IMG/VR virus record: IMGVR_UViG_3300028393_000019 | Coordinates: 1 to 64,000 of that record | DNA: 64,000 bases | Reading direction: 5' to 3' (one strand) | Shown: in pieces, positions 1 to 11,300 of the stretch | Layout: every line of letters starts with the position of its first letter | Position numbering within the stretch: position 1 is the first letter of the stretch | Program-made: the position numbers and the translations under genes | Notes under the pieces: generated by a model | Databases searched by the model: none | The model's input: only the letters and a program-made list of their open reading frames with translations | What the model was told of the DNA's origin: nothing

Positions 1-2
1 TA

Positions 3-1427
3 ACAGCTAGTCAAACTGGTTTGGCAATTACTAACATTACAACTGCTGGTGTTGCTACAATTAGTTCTGGTACATACGTAGTTGGACAAGACGTTGTAGT
101 TACTGGTGTTACACTAGGTACCGCAACAGGGTTTGCTAACGGCACATATTATGTTGCTGTAGTCGGTAGTTCAACAAGCATCACACTTGCCAGTTCATAT
201 GCTAATGCAGTGGCCGCAAGTCCAGTAGCAATTACAACTGTAACAGGTTCTGGTACAGTTACAGCTTCAACCGTAGTAGTTGGTGGCACATACAACACAG
301 TAGCGAGCGTAGCCGTAGTAGCTGGTGGTACATACGCTCAGTCAGGTGTTACAGCTGGTTTAAATGCCGCTCAAACTCCAACACCAGCAGTAACTGGCGG
401 TGCCGGTTTGACAATTACTCCAGCAACATTTGGTGTTAACGGTGTTACATACACTAACAACGGTAACGGTTATATCAACACAGTTCCAGTAACTCCTGGT
501 ATTAGTGCTACAACAGTAACAACTATTGCTAGTGGTGCTTATGGTACAATCACAGTGGGTGCAGTAACTAACACAATCACATTGGGTACAGCACAAGCCG
601 CTGGAACATTCTATATTGGACAGGTGGTTACATTTACTGGTACAGCAAGTACAAACTTCATCGACAGCTCATACTCAACTGGTAACAGCTATTTGGTAAC
701 AGCCACTAACGGTACAAGCACATTGACATTGGTAACTATTGCAGGTACTGCTCCAACAGGCGGAGCCGCAGGTGCAGTGACTGGGTTGTCAATTGTTCTT
801 TACAAAGAAACTGTAAGTTCAACAGACCAATTGGTTCCAGGATTGAAAGTGGTTACAACTGGTTCAGGTGGTAGCTTGTCAGCTGGTACTTATTACATTA
901 TTGCAGTCAACGGAGCAACTGAAATTGTTCTAAGTAGCTCAGTAGGCGGCAATGCCGCAGTTGTTACAACAGCAACAAGTTTGACAATTACTACAGTAGT
1001 AAGTGGTAACACAGCAATCACATTTGGTTCAGGATCAGCGGCTGCAACAATGACATTTGCCGCACAGGTAACAACTGGTTACACTGGTAACTATGCCGCT
1101 ATGCAAGCAGTGGCATTGGCCACAACTGGTGGCGTTGCTCGTCAAGACACTGACATTATCAAACAAGAAAACACACAACGTTTCCGTGTTGAAAATGCTG
1201 ATGGTGTATTCTACGCCAAGTTGGTAACAGCTTTCCCAACAGTTGGTGGCACAATGGCTATCAACGCTGTCGACTCAGCTGGTGGTTCATATTGGGTCAG
1301 CAAGATCACTAACCGTCGTTGCCGTGTAACACGCAATACTGGTACACAGTTTGCAGATGGAGCAACAGTTAACTGGACATTTGGTTCAGCAGTGTCCAGC
1401 GTTTCAGTTAAGATCGATAACGTGTAA
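3..1427 (+). CDS. Thr/Gly-rich virion structural protein (5'-truncated by window edge)
   Basis: Frame is open from position 3 (ACA GCT AGT CAA...), so the TTG at 21 is probably not the true start. Beta-rich T/G/V/A composition with 'TYYV/TYYI' modules like the other virion genes. Confidence 0.7.
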   Translation, partial: TASQTGLAITNITTAGVATISSGTYVVGQDVVVTGVTLGTATGFANGTYYVAVVGSSTSITLASSYANAVAASPVAITTVTGSGTVTASTVVVGGTYNTVASVAVVAGGTYAQSGVTAGLNAAQTPTPAVTGGAGLTITPATFGVNGVTYTNNGNGYINTVPVTPGISATTVTTIASGAYGTITVGAVTNTITLGTAQAAGTFYIGQVVTFTGTASTNFIDSSYSTGNSYLVTATNGTSTLTLVTIAGTAPTGGAAGAVTGLSIVLYKETVSSTDQLVPGLKVVTTGSGGSLSAGTYYIIAVNGATEIVLSSSVGGNAAVVTTATSLTITTVVSGNTAITFGSGSAAATMTFAAQVTTGYTGNYAAMQAVALATTGGVARQDTDIIKQENTQRFRVENADGVFYAKLVTAFPTVGGTMAINAVDSAGGSYWVSKITNRRCRVTRNTGTQFADGATVNWTFGSAVSSVSVKIDNV

Positions 1428-1436
1428 TAAACCAAT

Positions 1437-1457
1437 AGGGCCCTTCGGGGCCCTTAT
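1437..1457 (+). terminator. cUUCGg stem-loop (terminator or mRNA-stabilising hairpin)
   Basis: AGGGCCC-TTCG-GGGCCCT perfect 7-bp stem just after the stop at 1427; U-tract is weak (TAT). Confidence 0.6.
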
Positions 1458-1467
1458 AGGATTCTAA

Positions 1468-2865
1468 ATGTCAAAAATTGTCAAAGTAGCCAACGGTGAT
1501 TATAGCTTACAGGTAAGGCCTGGAGGTAATATCATCTTTGACACTACAGGCACGGCGATTGGTCGATATGCCAGCGGAAATTATGGCACAGTGACTATCT
1601 GGGGCAACTTGGATGTCAAAGGTGCATCGACTATTATTGAAACAACTACCAGTGTACTCAATGACAATATTATTGAAATAAATTCAGGCGGAACTGGATC
1701 AGTTATTGCTGGTTCTGGTACCAGCGGTTTACAAATTGATAGAGGCAACACTTCAGCAGGACAGTTGTTGTTTAATGAAAATGTCAGTCACTACGATGCA
1801 GTGTTGAACAATGAAGTTACAGGAACATTTTTACTAGACACAGTAACAGTCAATCCCAGCACTAGAGCAACAACTGGTCAAGTGTTGAATGCATTGCAAG
1901 TGCGAACATTGGTAGCAGATTCTACAGGCGATTTGGCTTTTGATCTGCAAGGTGGCACCAAAGCATTGGCCATAGTGAATTCTGGTGCAACGTACAACGG
2001 TACGACCAACACTTTACTAACCAGTGCAAACAACTATGCTGGACTGGGTCTAAGTGCATGGCACATACCCAATGTGCAATATCTAAACAACTATGTGGCC
2101 AGTAGCTACAGTGGTGCAGGAGCAGGACAAGCACTGGTCAGTACAATCCAGTATCCCAGTACTCCTACAATCAGCGGAGTGATAATTGCTGGTACAGCTG
2201 GTCAGTTTACCTGTAACACATCTACACTATTTGTGGGAATGCAGGTCACTGTTAGCGGAGCAGGCAGCGGCACTGGTTCTATTACTGGTTATAGCAATCC
2301 AACAATATATCAAATATCTGCAACCAACACTTTTAATACGTTTACACTGAGAACTTACCCAGGAAATCTTGCAATAGTTACTACAGCAGGATCAACTACA
2401 GGACTTACGTTTACCAACTATACCTATGCACAGGTAACAGTTACTGGTACTAGCCAAGCTACTGGATCAATCCAGTTCTTGACAACGCCAAATACCAACC
2501 CCAACCCCATGGGATATTTTGCCACAGTAACAGGAACAACTGCTAGCGGAATCACAACCAGTGCCAACGGCAGTTTGACTGTGGGCAGTGTTAGAATTTA
2601 CGGCGATACTATAAATGATATTGGCAGTAACAATCTAACACTGACAGCCAACAGCGGAACTGTTGAAATTAATGCATACACCCGATTTGACAATCAATCA
2701 GCATTGACGTACAACAGCGGAACTATGGCCAGTAGCACTCAAGTATATTCCAGCTCTCAAGTTGGACCGGGACGTACAGGCTTGTATATAGTAAATTCCA
2801 CTGTGCAAACACCGGACGAATTAATAAGTAGAAAACGAGCAGTACTGCTAAGTATTTTACTATAA
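1468..2865 (+). CDS. virion structural protein (tail/baseplate-associated)
   Basis: 465 aa, SD AGGA; 'GNLDVKG...NDNIIEIN...GLQIDRG' segment typical of phage fibre proteins; carries the 'GTAGQF' module. Confidence 0.65.
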   Translation: MSKIVKVANGDYSLQVRPGGNIIFDTTGTAIGRYASGNYGTVTIWGNLDVKGASTIIETTTSVLNDNIIEINSGGTGSVIAGSGTSGLQIDRGNTSAGQLLFNENVSHYDAVLNNEVTGTFLLDTVTVNPSTRATTGQVLNALQVRTLVADSTGDLAFDLQGGTKALAIVNSGATYNGTTNTLLTSANNYAGLGLSAWHIPNVQYLNNYVASSYSGAGAGQALVSTIQYPSTPTISGVIIAGTAGQFTCNTSTLFVGMQVTVSGAGSGTGSITGYSNPTIYQISATNTFNTFTLRTYPGNLAIVTTAGSTTGLTFTNYTYAQVTVTGTSQATGSIQFLTTPNTNPNPMGYFATVTGTTASGITTSANGSLTVGSVRIYGDTINDIGSNNLTLTANSGTVEINAYTRFDNQSALTYNSGTMASSTQVYSSSQVGPGRTGLYIVNSTVQTPDELISRKRAVLLSILL

Positions 2866-2874
2866 GGACACAAC

Positions 2875-3201
2875 ATGGCACTTAATGCACAACAGATAAC
2901 AACTTCACCATTAGTAGTAACACTACCTGCGGTCACAGCACCCAGCATTGGAAATGCCATTACTTCAATTATAATTTGCAACACCAGTAGCAGTGTTACA
3001 GACACAGTGACAGTATGGGCAGTTCCTAGCGGGCAGTCAGCCAGCACTGTCAATATGATTATTAATGCATTACCAGTTCCGCCAACAGAAACTGTAAGTT
3101 TAGATCAAGAAAAACTAGTGTTGGGCACAGGTGATGCTGTGTATGTGCAAGCAGGAGCAACATCAAACTTGTCAATAGTCGTAAGTTCACTACCAGTATA
3201 A
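2875..3201 (+). CDS. small beta-sandwich virion protein (paralogue family with 7351 and 28254)
   Basis: 108 aa, SD AAGGA; pattern 'IIICNT...TVTV...P...KLVL..GD.VYV.A'. Confidence 0.65.
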   Translation: MALNAQQITTSPLVVTLPAVTAPSIGNAITSIIICNTSSSVTDTVTVWAVPSGQSASTVNMIINALPVPPTETVSLDQEKLVLGTGDAVYVQAGATSNLSIVVSSLPV

Positions 3202-4967
3202 TGAGATATTTAAAACGTCAAAATATTAATCGTAGAGTTGCCAACGATACAACTCTATATTCAGATGTTAGCAACACTAACGTCTTTGTGAGCCCTGTTA
3301 ATTCAGGTAGCCTAGTGCTACCCAACGGCACTACAGGTCAACGAAACGGTACAAATTTGGGATCCATGCGCTACAATACTTCAACAAACCAAGTTGAAGT
3401 GTATCAAGGATCAGCAGGCCTTAGTACCGCCAACTGGAGAGCATTGCGTTTTAAAGAAAGTAATCCCATAATCCAACAAAATCTAGGAGCAGGTGACGGC
3501 CTAAATACATTATTTGGTCCGCTAAACAGTGCCTACAACACAGATAAGTTATACTATTCCAGCAACATTCCTTCAGCTGGTGGTGCAGCCGCTGGTCAGT
3601 TTGGGGGACAGAACGCTTTAGTGGTAGTAGAAAATGTGCTACAACTGTCTGGTATAAATTATTCAGTGACAGCAAGCCCGTCAGTGGGCGGAGAAACCTA
3701 TACCGGATCAGTTAGCCAATCAGCCGCTACTGGAGCAACCACACTGTATTTCAGCACCAGTTTAGTTGGCACTGCTACCAGTAGCAGTGGAACTATTTCA
3801 TTTACAGGATTTATTTCAAACGGTTCTGCTCCTTCGGGCACTGCTGGAACCACACTCACAGTAACAAGCGGGTCTACACCAATAGCAGGCCAAACACTGA
3901 GCAACAACGGTGTCACAGCCGGAACTACCATTGTGGCAGCAAACTCTTCAGCGTTCACGGGCTACACCAGCGGCACAACATTGACAGTGACATCAATAAC
4001 ATCCAGTATTATTACCTTGGGTATGGTTATCACTGGTAGCAGTATGGCTGCTGGAACTTATATCAGTGCATTAGGATCCGGCGTAGGTGGTGCAGGCACA
4101 TATACCTTAAGCACAAGCCAATCAGTAGCCAGTGGTTCCAGCGGTAGTCCTGTGAACTTGACAGGAACTAGTTACACAGTCAGTGTCAGTCAGTCTACTG
4201 CCAGCGGAAGTATCACAGCCGCAGGGGTAACAGCCACTATAAACTTTGCCGCACAAGCCGGCAATCCATTTGCTATAGGTGATACTATCACAGTATCTGG
4301 ATTTACTCCGACAGCATACAATGGTAAATTTTCAGTAACAGCCAGCTCAACAACCAGTGTGAGCTATTTTAGTCCAGCAACAGGTTCCATGACCATCGCT
4401 GGAACTGTGACCAGTAATACAGCAGTTTATCCGGCAGTGAATATTCTTGGAGCAGTAGTCAGCGGGCCAGCCAGCATACCAAGTTCAACCACACTGAGCT
4501 CAGTTATTATTGTAGGAACAGCAGGACAATTTCAATGCACCAGTACTACGCTAGCTGTTAATCAAGCAATCACAATCAGCGGAACAGCTGGACAAACTTA
4601 TCCAACAGCAGGCAGTATTAGCGGTTATTCAAATCCTACTACCTATTATATTATTACAACCAACGGAACTACTACATTTACTCTTAGTTTGTCACCTGGT
4701 GGAACAGCCATAACAACAGCAGTTGGAACTCCTACAGGATTAACCTACACAGTACCAACTTGTGTGTTGAGTTATCTAACAGATGCTACAACAGACGCAT
4801 TGCTCAGTATCAATATCAGCAAACCCACTATTACATCAACGATTGCAGTGCTGACGTCTGTTACAATTACAGAACCAACGACTACATATACAGGCAACTA
4901 CCTGCAATTTACCAGTCCAGTTCCCTACGGCAAAGTAGTCACAGTACTACTAGGGTTTGACGCCTAA
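3201..4967 (+). CDS. virion structural/fibre protein with inserted modules
   Basis: 588 aa; 'LPNGTTGQR...GSMRYNT...VEVY' fibre motif; several repeated beta modules. Confidence 0.65.
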   Translation: MRYLKRQNINRRVANDTTLYSDVSNTNVFVSPVNSGSLVLPNGTTGQRNGTNLGSMRYNTSTNQVEVYQGSAGLSTANWRALRFKESNPIIQQNLGAGDGLNTLFGPLNSAYNTDKLYYSSNIPSAGGAAAGQFGGQNALVVVENVLQLSGINYSVTASPSVGGETYTGSVSQSAATGATTLYFSTSLVGTATSSSGTISFTGFISNGSAPSGTAGTTLTVTSGSTPIAGQTLSNNGVTAGTTIVAANSSAFTGYTSGTTLTVTSITSSIITLGMVITGSSMAAGTYISALGSGVGGAGTYTLSTSQSVASGSSGSPVNLTGTSYTVSVSQSTASGSITAAGVTATINFAAQAGNPFAIGDTITVSGFTPTAYNGKFSVTASSTTSVSYFSPATGSMTIAGTVTSNTAVYPAVNILGAVVSGPASIPSSTTLSSVIIVGTAGQFQCTSTTLAVNQAITISGTAGQTYPTAGSISGYSNPTTYYIITTNGTTTFTLSLSPGGTAITTAVGTPTGLTYTVPTCVLSYLTDATTDALLSINISKPTITSTIAVLTSVTITEPTTTYTGNYLQFTSPVPYGKVVTVLLGFDA

Positions 4968-4978
4968 GGAGGATTGAC

Positions 4979-6142
4979 ATGTCAGTCCAGCAGGGAAGAA
5001 TAGGTGGCCCGCTACTAGCAGACAACCTAGTACGCAATGGTACAAATTTAGCGTTTGACAACAAAGTCCTATATCTCGATGTGGTTAACAAACGCATCGG
5101 GTTCAACAATGCGTCTCCAGTTAACGATCTATATGTGCCTACAGCAATTGACACAGTAAACTTAACAGTTGATACTACAGCAGACATTGGCAACTTTGTG
5201 GTCAGCGGCAGCACAATTCAGTACGTGCTTGGCAATTCAATAACAATTAGTCCCAGTCAAAACATAAACCCCAGAATTATCACTCCGGGATTAAGCACTG
5301 CAAACTTGTATTTGTACAGCAATACCTTAAGCAATACTGTTACCAACAACGCTGTGAATTTTTCACCCAACGGCACTGGCAGTATTAATTTTGCCAACGA
5401 CTCGGGTAATGTACAAACAACAGTAAATGGCAGTTTACATGCTACTGGAAACATAACATTTGACGGTAGTATTACACTGGGCACCAGCACCAGTAATCGT
5501 ATAACAATTACAGCAGAAGTGGCCAGTAATATTGTTCCCGTGGGAATAGTTAATCAATCTGCACAAAATGTAATAAGCCAATCTAGCCCATTGTTTACAG
5601 GAGTAGATGATGAGTCTTTGTTGTATATAGGCACATCATATGAGTGGGATTTGGGTAGCAGTGCTTTGCAATGGAATAATCTGTATTTGACTACGCTGAC
5701 TGTAGGGCAAACCACATCGGGCCCACTTGCACTAACAACTGCAAATTTTGGCAATATAAATTTTACAGGCAATACTATATCCGACACTGTAGGAGATATT
5801 AATTTTTCTACTACGGGCACCGGGTCAGTTAGGATCAATGGTTCTGATTTCTTCAGCACTGCCAACACCTTCAAAATTGCCAGTAATATGAGTTTGGCTG
5901 TTACTGGCCAGGGATACTACAAATTCTCAGGCACCAACGGTGTAGCAGTTCCTGTGGGAACCAACCTTAATCGACCAGCAAGCCCAGTAGAAGGCACTGT
6001 AAGATATGACACCACATTGGCCTATGTGGAAGTTTATAGTTCAAGCCAAGGTTGGATTCCGGCCTATGGTCAAAATGCCAATGCTACTGTGCAAGACGTC
6101 AGTGACGCTTCAACATTGTACAGCATCGTCTTTGGCTACTAA
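4979..6142 (+). CDS. tail fibre-like structural protein (paralogue of 6283..7347)
   Basis: N-terminal GRIGGPLLADNLVRNG-NLAF; C-terminal 'VPVGTNLNRP...GTVRYDT...VEVY'; SD AGGAGG. Confidence 0.65.
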   Translation: MSVQQGRIGGPLLADNLVRNGTNLAFDNKVLYLDVVNKRIGFNNASPVNDLYVPTAIDTVNLTVDTTADIGNFVVSGSTIQYVLGNSITISPSQNINPRIITPGLSTANLYLYSNTLSNTVTNNAVNFSPNGTGSINFANDSGNVQTTVNGSLHATGNITFDGSITLGTSTSNRITITAEVASNIVPVGIVNQSAQNVISQSSPLFTGVDDESLLYIGTSYEWDLGSSALQWNNLYLTTLTVGQTTSGPLALTTANFGNINFTGNTISDTVGDINFSTTGTGSVRINGSDFFSTANTFKIASNMSLAVTGQGYYKFSGTNGVAVPVGTNLNRPASPVEGTVRYDTTLAYVEVYSSSQGWIPAYGQNANATVQDVSDASTLYSIVFGY

Positions 6143-6155
6143 AATTCAAATCAGC

Positions 6156-6161
6156 TAAATA
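6156..6161 (+). promoter_or_regulatory. T4-type late promoter core (TAAATA)
   Basis: CTAAATA in intergenic DNA; the same motif precedes many structural genes in the window. Confidence 0.55.
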
Positions 6162-6168
6162 CTTTTAC

Positions 6169-6270
6169 TGCGGTGCTTGACCAAGCATTGCGATATCCGA
6201 CTGTGGTAAACCCGCAAAGAGCCCTTGAAACAAGGGATGAAAAGGTGGTTATCCGTGAAACACGGGGGTA
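6169..6270 (+). ncRNA. candidate structured 5' leader / cis-regulatory RNA (four hairpins)
   Basis: Stems 6169-6192, 6202-6216, 6222-6236 (CCCTTG-AAA-CAAGGG) and 6253-6265 (CCGTG-AAA-CACGG) in a 140-nt intergenic gap of an otherwise tightly packed operon. Confidence 0.45.
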
Positions 6271-6282
6271 CAAGGAGAGCAC

Positions 6283-7347
6283 ATGGCTGTCGGTCGAATT
6301 TCCGGTCCGCTCTTAAAGGATAATTTGCTCCGCAACGGGCAGAATTTGGCCTTTGAGACGAACCTTCTCTATTTAGATGTTGTTAATAGCCGCGTGGGTA
6401 TCAACACAGCCACTCCTACCAACGATCTAAGCGTAAACGGCACAACCCGAACTACAAATTTATACACCAGTGGATCAGCTTCACTGGGGTTACTGACCTT
6501 TTCAGGCAGTACAATAAGCAGTATTAATTCATCAATTACATTTACCCCAAGCGGTCCAAATGCAACTATCTATCAGGGTACTGCACTTGTAGGGAATCTA
6601 AGTCTAACTGGCAATACCCTAGCGTCTACAAACACCAACGGCGCTATCAATATTGTTGCCAACGGTACAGGTGCAATCAATTTAAATTCAGATGTGTTGG
6701 TTACAGGCAACTTGCATGCTACTGGTACAATCACTGCTGACGGAAATATTCAATTAGGCGATATGCCTACAGATACTATCACATTTGCCGGTGAAGTTAG
6801 CAGTAATATTTTACCCGCAACCACTAACACATACACGCTGGGATCTAATCTCCTACGATGGAAAAATGTATACAGTCAAAACGTCAACACTACCAATATC
6901 AATGCTACTACAGGAAATGTAAGTAGTTTTTCAACCACAGGAACGCCCAGCATCACAATTAGTGGTAACACAATCAGCGCCAATACCAGTAACGTAGATA
7001 TCAATTTCACCACTTCAGGAACCAGCGGAGTGGCCTTGGGCAATTTAAAATTTACCACAGGCAGTGTAACCAATACTGCCAATAATGCAGTAACACAACT
7101 GACCAGTACAGGTAATGGGTATTTTCAATTTGCCGGAACCTACGGTGTTGTAGTACCGGTAGGAAACACAGCACAGCGCCCTGCATTTGCAAATTCTACC
7201 ACAGGAATGTTACGTTTCAGTACAGACAATCAATATGTTGAAGTTTACAACGGTATATCATGGACCAGCGTTGCGGGTCTAAGTAGCGGTGTAACTGTTG
7301 CCCAGGCCAGTGATGTGGCATTGGGTGTGGTAATAAGTTTAGGATAA
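6283..7347 (+). CDS. tail fibre-like structural protein (paralogue of 4979..6142)
   Basis: N-terminal GRISGPLLKDNLLRNGQNLAF; C-terminal 'VPVGNTAQRP...GMLRFST...VEVYNG..W'; SD AAGGAG. Confidence 0.65.
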   Translation: MAVGRISGPLLKDNLLRNGQNLAFETNLLYLDVVNSRVGINTATPTNDLSVNGTTRTTNLYTSGSASLGLLTFSGSTISSINSSITFTPSGPNATIYQGTALVGNLSLTGNTLASTNTNGAINIVANGTGAINLNSDVLVTGNLHATGTITADGNIQLGDMPTDTITFAGEVSSNILPATTNTYTLGSNLLRWKNVYSQNVNTTNINATTGNVSSFSTTGTPSITISGNTISANTSNVDINFTTSGTSGVALGNLKFTTGSVTNTANNAVTQLTSTGNGYFQFAGTYGVVVPVGNTAQRPAFANSTTGMLRFSTDNQYVEVYNGISWTSVAGLSSGVTVAQASDVALGVVISLG

Positions 7348-7350
7348 ATC

Positions 7351-7902
7351 ATGGCAACAGTATTTAAAAACTCGCTACAGAACAATATAAGCCCAATCAT
7401 ATCAGTTGGCACAGTGGCAGCCAGCAGCCCCAGTTCAGGGTCTGTGACATTGAGATTTCCTGCGCAAGACATTGTTCCGTTTCCTATTGGAAGTTATATC
7501 TATGTTGCCGGAGTCAGCGTAGCTGGGTACAATGGATATCAGACTGTGACAGGTGCAACATTCACTTCAGTGACCTATTCAAATTCAACAACTACTGCTG
7601 CCACAGGTGGCACAATTACACCAGTACTGTGGCAATCAAACGCCGGTGCCAAGACCACAGTAATTGGAATCAGCCTTACAAACACCACGGCAAATATTAT
7701 CACGGTCTCTGTGCAATTACAAGATACAGTAGCATCTACCACAGCGTATTATGCGTACAATGTAATTTTACCTGGCTTTCAAAGTTTAAGATTAGTTTCT
7801 CAGGGAGAAAAACTTATACTAGGGCCCAGCACAAACATGTTGGTTACTACCAACACAGCAGGTAGTCTTGATGTAATAGCAAGCTACGTTGAAATTAGTT
7901 AA
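7351..7902 (+). CDS. small beta-sandwich virion protein with a ~70-aa inserted module
   Basis: C-terminal part matches the 108/106-aa paralogues (ISLTNTT..ITVSV...EKLILG); N-terminal insert 'PFPIGSYIYVAGV..AGYNG'. Confidence 0.6.
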   Translation: MATVFKNSLQNNISPIISVGTVAASSPSSGSVTLRFPAQDIVPFPIGSYIYVAGVSVAGYNGYQTVTGATFTSVTYSNSTTTAATGGTITPVLWQSNAGAKTTVIGISLTNTTANIITVSVQLQDTVASTTAYYAYNVILPGFQSLRLVSQGEKLILGPSTNMLVTTNTAGSLDVIASYVEIS

Positions 7903-7913
7903 AGGATAAGATT

Positions 7914-8294
7914 ATGTCATACTATGTTGGTGGTGATCTAAGTTACAATGATATGTTGGGAGAGGGCAATCCCAGATTCTTTTACGGACTGCGCAGATTG
8001 GATGATGGCACATTGTTTTTTAACAAAGTTGATCAATTGAGTTCAACTGCCAGTATTGCAGTGAACTTGCCGGGACCAAACAGCGCAAACTTTGAAAATT
8101 TTGAATATGGCGTGGATTATTTTGATGGTAGACTAGCAACAGATCACAGTAGACCTTACCCCAACTTGTATTTTGATCAGTATCGTTGGGACAGTAAAAA
8201 TTGTTTTTATTATATTGACACACAGGGACAATTGGTTGTTCGTGTAAATCAAACATATATTTACAGTGCCGCTCAGATTGTTAGTGCAATTTAA
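7914..8294 (+). CDS. hypothetical phage structural-region protein
   Basis: 126 aa, SD AAGGA, aromatic-rich, in operon with neighbours. Confidence 0.6.
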   Translation: MSYYVGGDLSYNDMLGEGNPRFFYGLRRLDDGTLFFNKVDQLSSTASIAVNLPGPNSANFENFEYGVDYFDGRLATDHSRPYPNLYFDQYRWDSKNCFYYIDTQGQLVVRVNQTYIYSAAQIVSAI

Positions 8295-8306
8295 TAGGAT
8301 ATAAAA

Positions 8307-11300
8307 ATGGCTGCAGAATTTAAAATTGGAAGATTGAGATTTTCATGGAAGGGTGTATGGACGCCTGCTACTATCTACGCTCGAGATGATGTTGTCAGTT
8401 ATCAAGGTAAAGCCTATGTTTGCCTACTTCCAAATACATCTGATGCTACAAGTTTTTACAACGACTTGTATTACGTTACTCAGACCGGAGCAAGCACACC
8501 ATACTGGAACATGATTGTAGATGGCAAGACTTTTGTCACAGCCAACGGCGGAGCATGGCAAACTGGTCAAGCGTACAGTTTAGGAAACATTGTGTCATTT
8601 GGCGGCGTTATTTATTATGCCAACACCAAACACACTAGCACAGCTTTTGCTAGCCAAGCATCTTATTGGACTCAGTATTCAGAATTTAATGCATGGAGGT
8701 CAGTGGGCTGGCTTCCAAATAATGTCTACGGCAAAAATGATGTGGTCAAATATGGCGGCATTGTTTACAAGTGCATAGCCAACCATACTAGTTCTGCAAG
8801 CAATACACTGGGCTTAGAGGCAAATCAATCAGCATGGACCATTATAGATAGTGGTGTCGAATACAAAGGCACATGGTCATCAAATGTTAGATACAAAACC
8901 AATGACATTGTAAAATACGGTCCGGACTTGTGGTCTGCCATCAACGGACATACCAGTGTCGTAGCTAACACGTTAAGCACTGTTGCTACAACCGGAACCG
9001 CTGGACAATTTTCTTATACCGGCGGCACACTTATTATTGGGCAAGCTGTTACTGTTTCTGGACAACTGGCTTCAACAGCGACTGGATCTATCTCAGGATA
9101 CGCCGGAGCAACAACAACGTATTATGTGAGTGCAACCGATGGAGCCAGCACGTTTACATTATCAAATACCTATGCAAACGCTATTGCAAACACAGGTCAA
9201 CTGACCACTGTTCAGGGAACGTTGACAGGATTAACAGTCAGCATTAATGGTTTTGATCAAGCCAAATGGACCACATGGATGCCAGGATTTGAATACGTTG
9301 GCTCTTGGAATGTTGGTACTGTATACCAAACAGGAGACACTGTATCATATGGTGGATATACCTACTATAGTAAAACTGCTAACAACATAGGTAATACACC
9401 ATCAGTTGATGCGACTGACTGGGGAGTGTTGACACAAGGTTTTAATTTCAGGGGAGAATGGGGTTCTGCAACCAATTATCGAATTGGTGATGTGATTAGG
9501 CGTAATGGCATGTTCTTTGATGCCATTGCTGATAATACTGCACAAGACCCAAGCTCTTATAGTGTTAGCAAAACATATTCCACAACTGGCAGTTCAGGCA
9601 CTGTATTAAAACTCAATTCAGTTTCAGGCATAACGATTGGCATGAATGTTATTGGCAACGGCTTTAGTGCTGGACAAACTGTTATCAACATTGATAATAC
9701 CGCAACTACAATCACAGTCAGTGCAGTAAATGATACAGCACTCACAGATGGTCAATCACTATCGCTAGTGGGTACCAATTATATCAATTGGAAGATAGTT
9801 ATTCCGGGACGCTATTGGACCAAAACCTGGACCGTTGGGACCACATACATAGTGGGCGATTTGGCTGTTTGGCAAAACGGTACTTATGTTTGTGTCCAAA
9901 CGCACACCTCACAACTTTCTCCACAAAATAATCGTCCTGATGCTGATACTACAAATATCTATTGGATATTTTACATACCTCATGCTAGAAAAAATGCAAT
10001 GAATACTATTGGTGATACTGAATACTATTCAAATGCTACTAGTTCTTATACTGCATTACCGATCGGAACTAATCAATATACACTCAAAGCAGTAGCTAGC
10101 ACCGGAGTCACTGGCACCGTAACAACGGCTCCGGCTTGGAATAAAATCAATCAGGTCAATGCTGTTTACTATGTTTCAACAAAAACAGGTATAGACCGTG
10201 CAGACTACGGAACTACTTGGGACCAACCTTGGAAGACCATTGCATACGCATGTAACTTTGTCGGTGCTGGAACTATTAATCAAAACGCAACTGCTCTTAT
10301 CACAGCAAATAAAACTTGGTTGACCACAGAAATGTACTACTGGATGCTGTCTCAAAAAGCGGCCAGTACTAATGGATTTACTCCCAGTTCAGTATTCGAT
10401 CAAACCAAGACTATACGCGATGCAGGATATATCATTGATGCCATAGTGTATGACATGTCACGTGGCGGCAACAGTCAAACAGTCGCAGCCACCCTGGCAT
10501 ATTTTGCATTTGGTAGTTCAACTACATTCATCAATGCTGCCAGTCTAGCAGAACTACCATATTTCCTATCTGGATTACTTCAGTTAGGCACGTTTATACA
10601 AACAGCGTTGACCAATAATGTCGTCGGTAATGGTGCAATATATCAAACCGCAAATTCAATAACACCCGTAGTTTATCAAAAAACAACAAGTGCTGGCCCC
10701 GAGCTGGGAGCAACTGCATTAGCATCTTCATTGCTGAGCATTGTGACCACAGCACTTACTAATCAGAGCACTGCACTGGTACCACCTTCCAACAGCGGAA
10801 TAACTGCCAGTATTTTTGTCAAGACTGGAAGTTATTTCGAAACCCTACCAATTGTGGTGCCCGCCAACGTGGCCATTATTGGGGACGAACTGCGCGGAGT
10901 AACAGTTTCTCCAGCAATTATTTTGACTCTGCAATGCACTGCTACTACAAGTGGCAGCAATCTAGTTACAGTTAACAGTACCAGTCAATTTGTAGATCAA
11001 ACAGCATTGCAGTTTGTTAACCCAAGTATTACTTCTGTCATAGGAACAAATCCATATTATGGGTTTGGCGGCATAACTCCAGGAACAACTTATTATGTTG
11101 TAGGTGCAACAATCACTGCTACACAATTTAAAATTACTGCATTGTCTGGAACGTATTATTCTGTCTCGGGAACCAATATAACAGCAACTGGTACAGGTGC
11201 AACATTCAATGTGACCCCAGTACAAGATGGAACCTACTCTGTGAGCGTGGCATATGGCGGCACAAACTATGTGGCTGGTAGCACAATAAGAATTTTAGGC

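Noticed and set aside
6205-6245. Resemblance of GCAAA...GAAA...GGGATGAAAAG to the c-di-GMP-I riboswitch
   Set aside because: P1 stem and tetraloop-receptor arm are not recognisable by eye; kept only as an unclassified structured leader pending an Rfam scan.
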